From contig CDPCPM010000213.1 of NCBI GenBank assembly GCA_976551045.1, positions 11,408,001 through 11,472,000 of the forward strand: 64,000 bases of DNA, given 5' to 3'. The notes beneath the pieces were generated by a model that worked only from the letters and a program-made list of their open reading frames with translations, had not been told where the DNA came from and did no database searches. The translations under genes were made by a program, and so were the position numbers. Below, piece by piece: positions 63,340-64,000 of the stretch (positions are counted from its first letter, which is position 1; each line of letters opens with the position of its first letter). The DNA comes from Glaucostegus cemiculus. Lineage: Eukaryota.

Positions 63340-64000
63340 TCCACCAAAGCCAGTCAATTTGATTCACTTCCATGATATCAAGAAATGGCTGGATACACTT
63401 ATGGCTGTGGGACCAGGCAAGATCAGGCTATGGTACTGAAGATCTGTGCTTCCGAACCACCTGCATCTTTCACTGGGTATTCCAGTAGTTACAACACTGG
63501 CACCTACATGACAATGTGGAGCATTGCCCTGTTTTACATGTTCACAAAAAGTTTGACATCCAATCCAGGCAGTTTGCCATCTGTCAGTCTACTCTCAATG
63601 GTAATAGAGCAATGGAATGTATCCTTGGAAACACCATCAAGTACCATTTGTTCATCAGTAACCTGCTCACCAATATCTACTTTGGGTTTCAGCTTTACAC
63701 CTTAGCCAAACCACGTACCCTTAATATTCAATGACATTACCATTGGTAGATCCCACAACATCAACACTCAACCAGATCAGCCACATGAATGTTGTGGTTT
63801 CAAGAACAGGTCAGAGGCTGAGTACTATAGTGAGTGACTCACTTTCTCACATCCCAAAGACTTTCCATGATCTAAAGGGCACATATCAGGAGAGTGCTGG
63901 AATACTCTGCACTTGCTTCCAAAAACACAAAGCTCAATTGTGTCCAGGTCAAAACGACCTGCTTGATAGGTTCTCTAAGACCAGTATAAAGCTGGAGTTA
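63340..64000 (+). mobile_element. Decayed LINE RT-region fragment (CR1/L2 group), running to the window end
   Basis: VLKICASE...SSYNTGTY.TMWSIA / HVHKK / SVSLLS across frames resembles the RT-proximal WK.A.V.PVHKK...YRPISLLS region. Its 3' part parallels 3290-3480. Confidence 0.7.

Overview
AT-rich eukaryotic genomic DNA from a vertebrate. The repeats (V-domain tRNA-derived SINEs, CR1, L2-like and Penelope fragments) point to a cartilaginous fish; this taxon call is inference. The window holds the 3' five coding exons of a + strand GPATCH8 orthologue (2026-2093, 6234-6320, 45791-45934, 54538-54668, 55889-59786). All junctions are GT-AG and splice into one continuous frame: end of the G-patch, C2H2 zinc finger, Lys-rich segment, RS domain and His/Pro/Ala tail. 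The 5' exons lie upstream of the window, and a 3' UTR of about 1.5 kb follows. The introns, including one of 39.5 kb, are full of decayed retroelements and MITEs. The most unusual object is a 928-bp insertion (40309-41236). It is made of LTR-retroelement parts (a collapsed LTR, a perfect tRNA-Pro primer-binding site and a full LTR in the opposite orientation), yet as a unit it has perfect 43-bp terminal inverted repeats and a 4-bp target-site duplication, like a DNA transposon. Second, several candidate stop-introducing (poison) exons or microexons lie in TE-poor intron zones, suggesting AS-NMD control of this splicing factor. Repeat boundaries are approximate, and no database search could be run.
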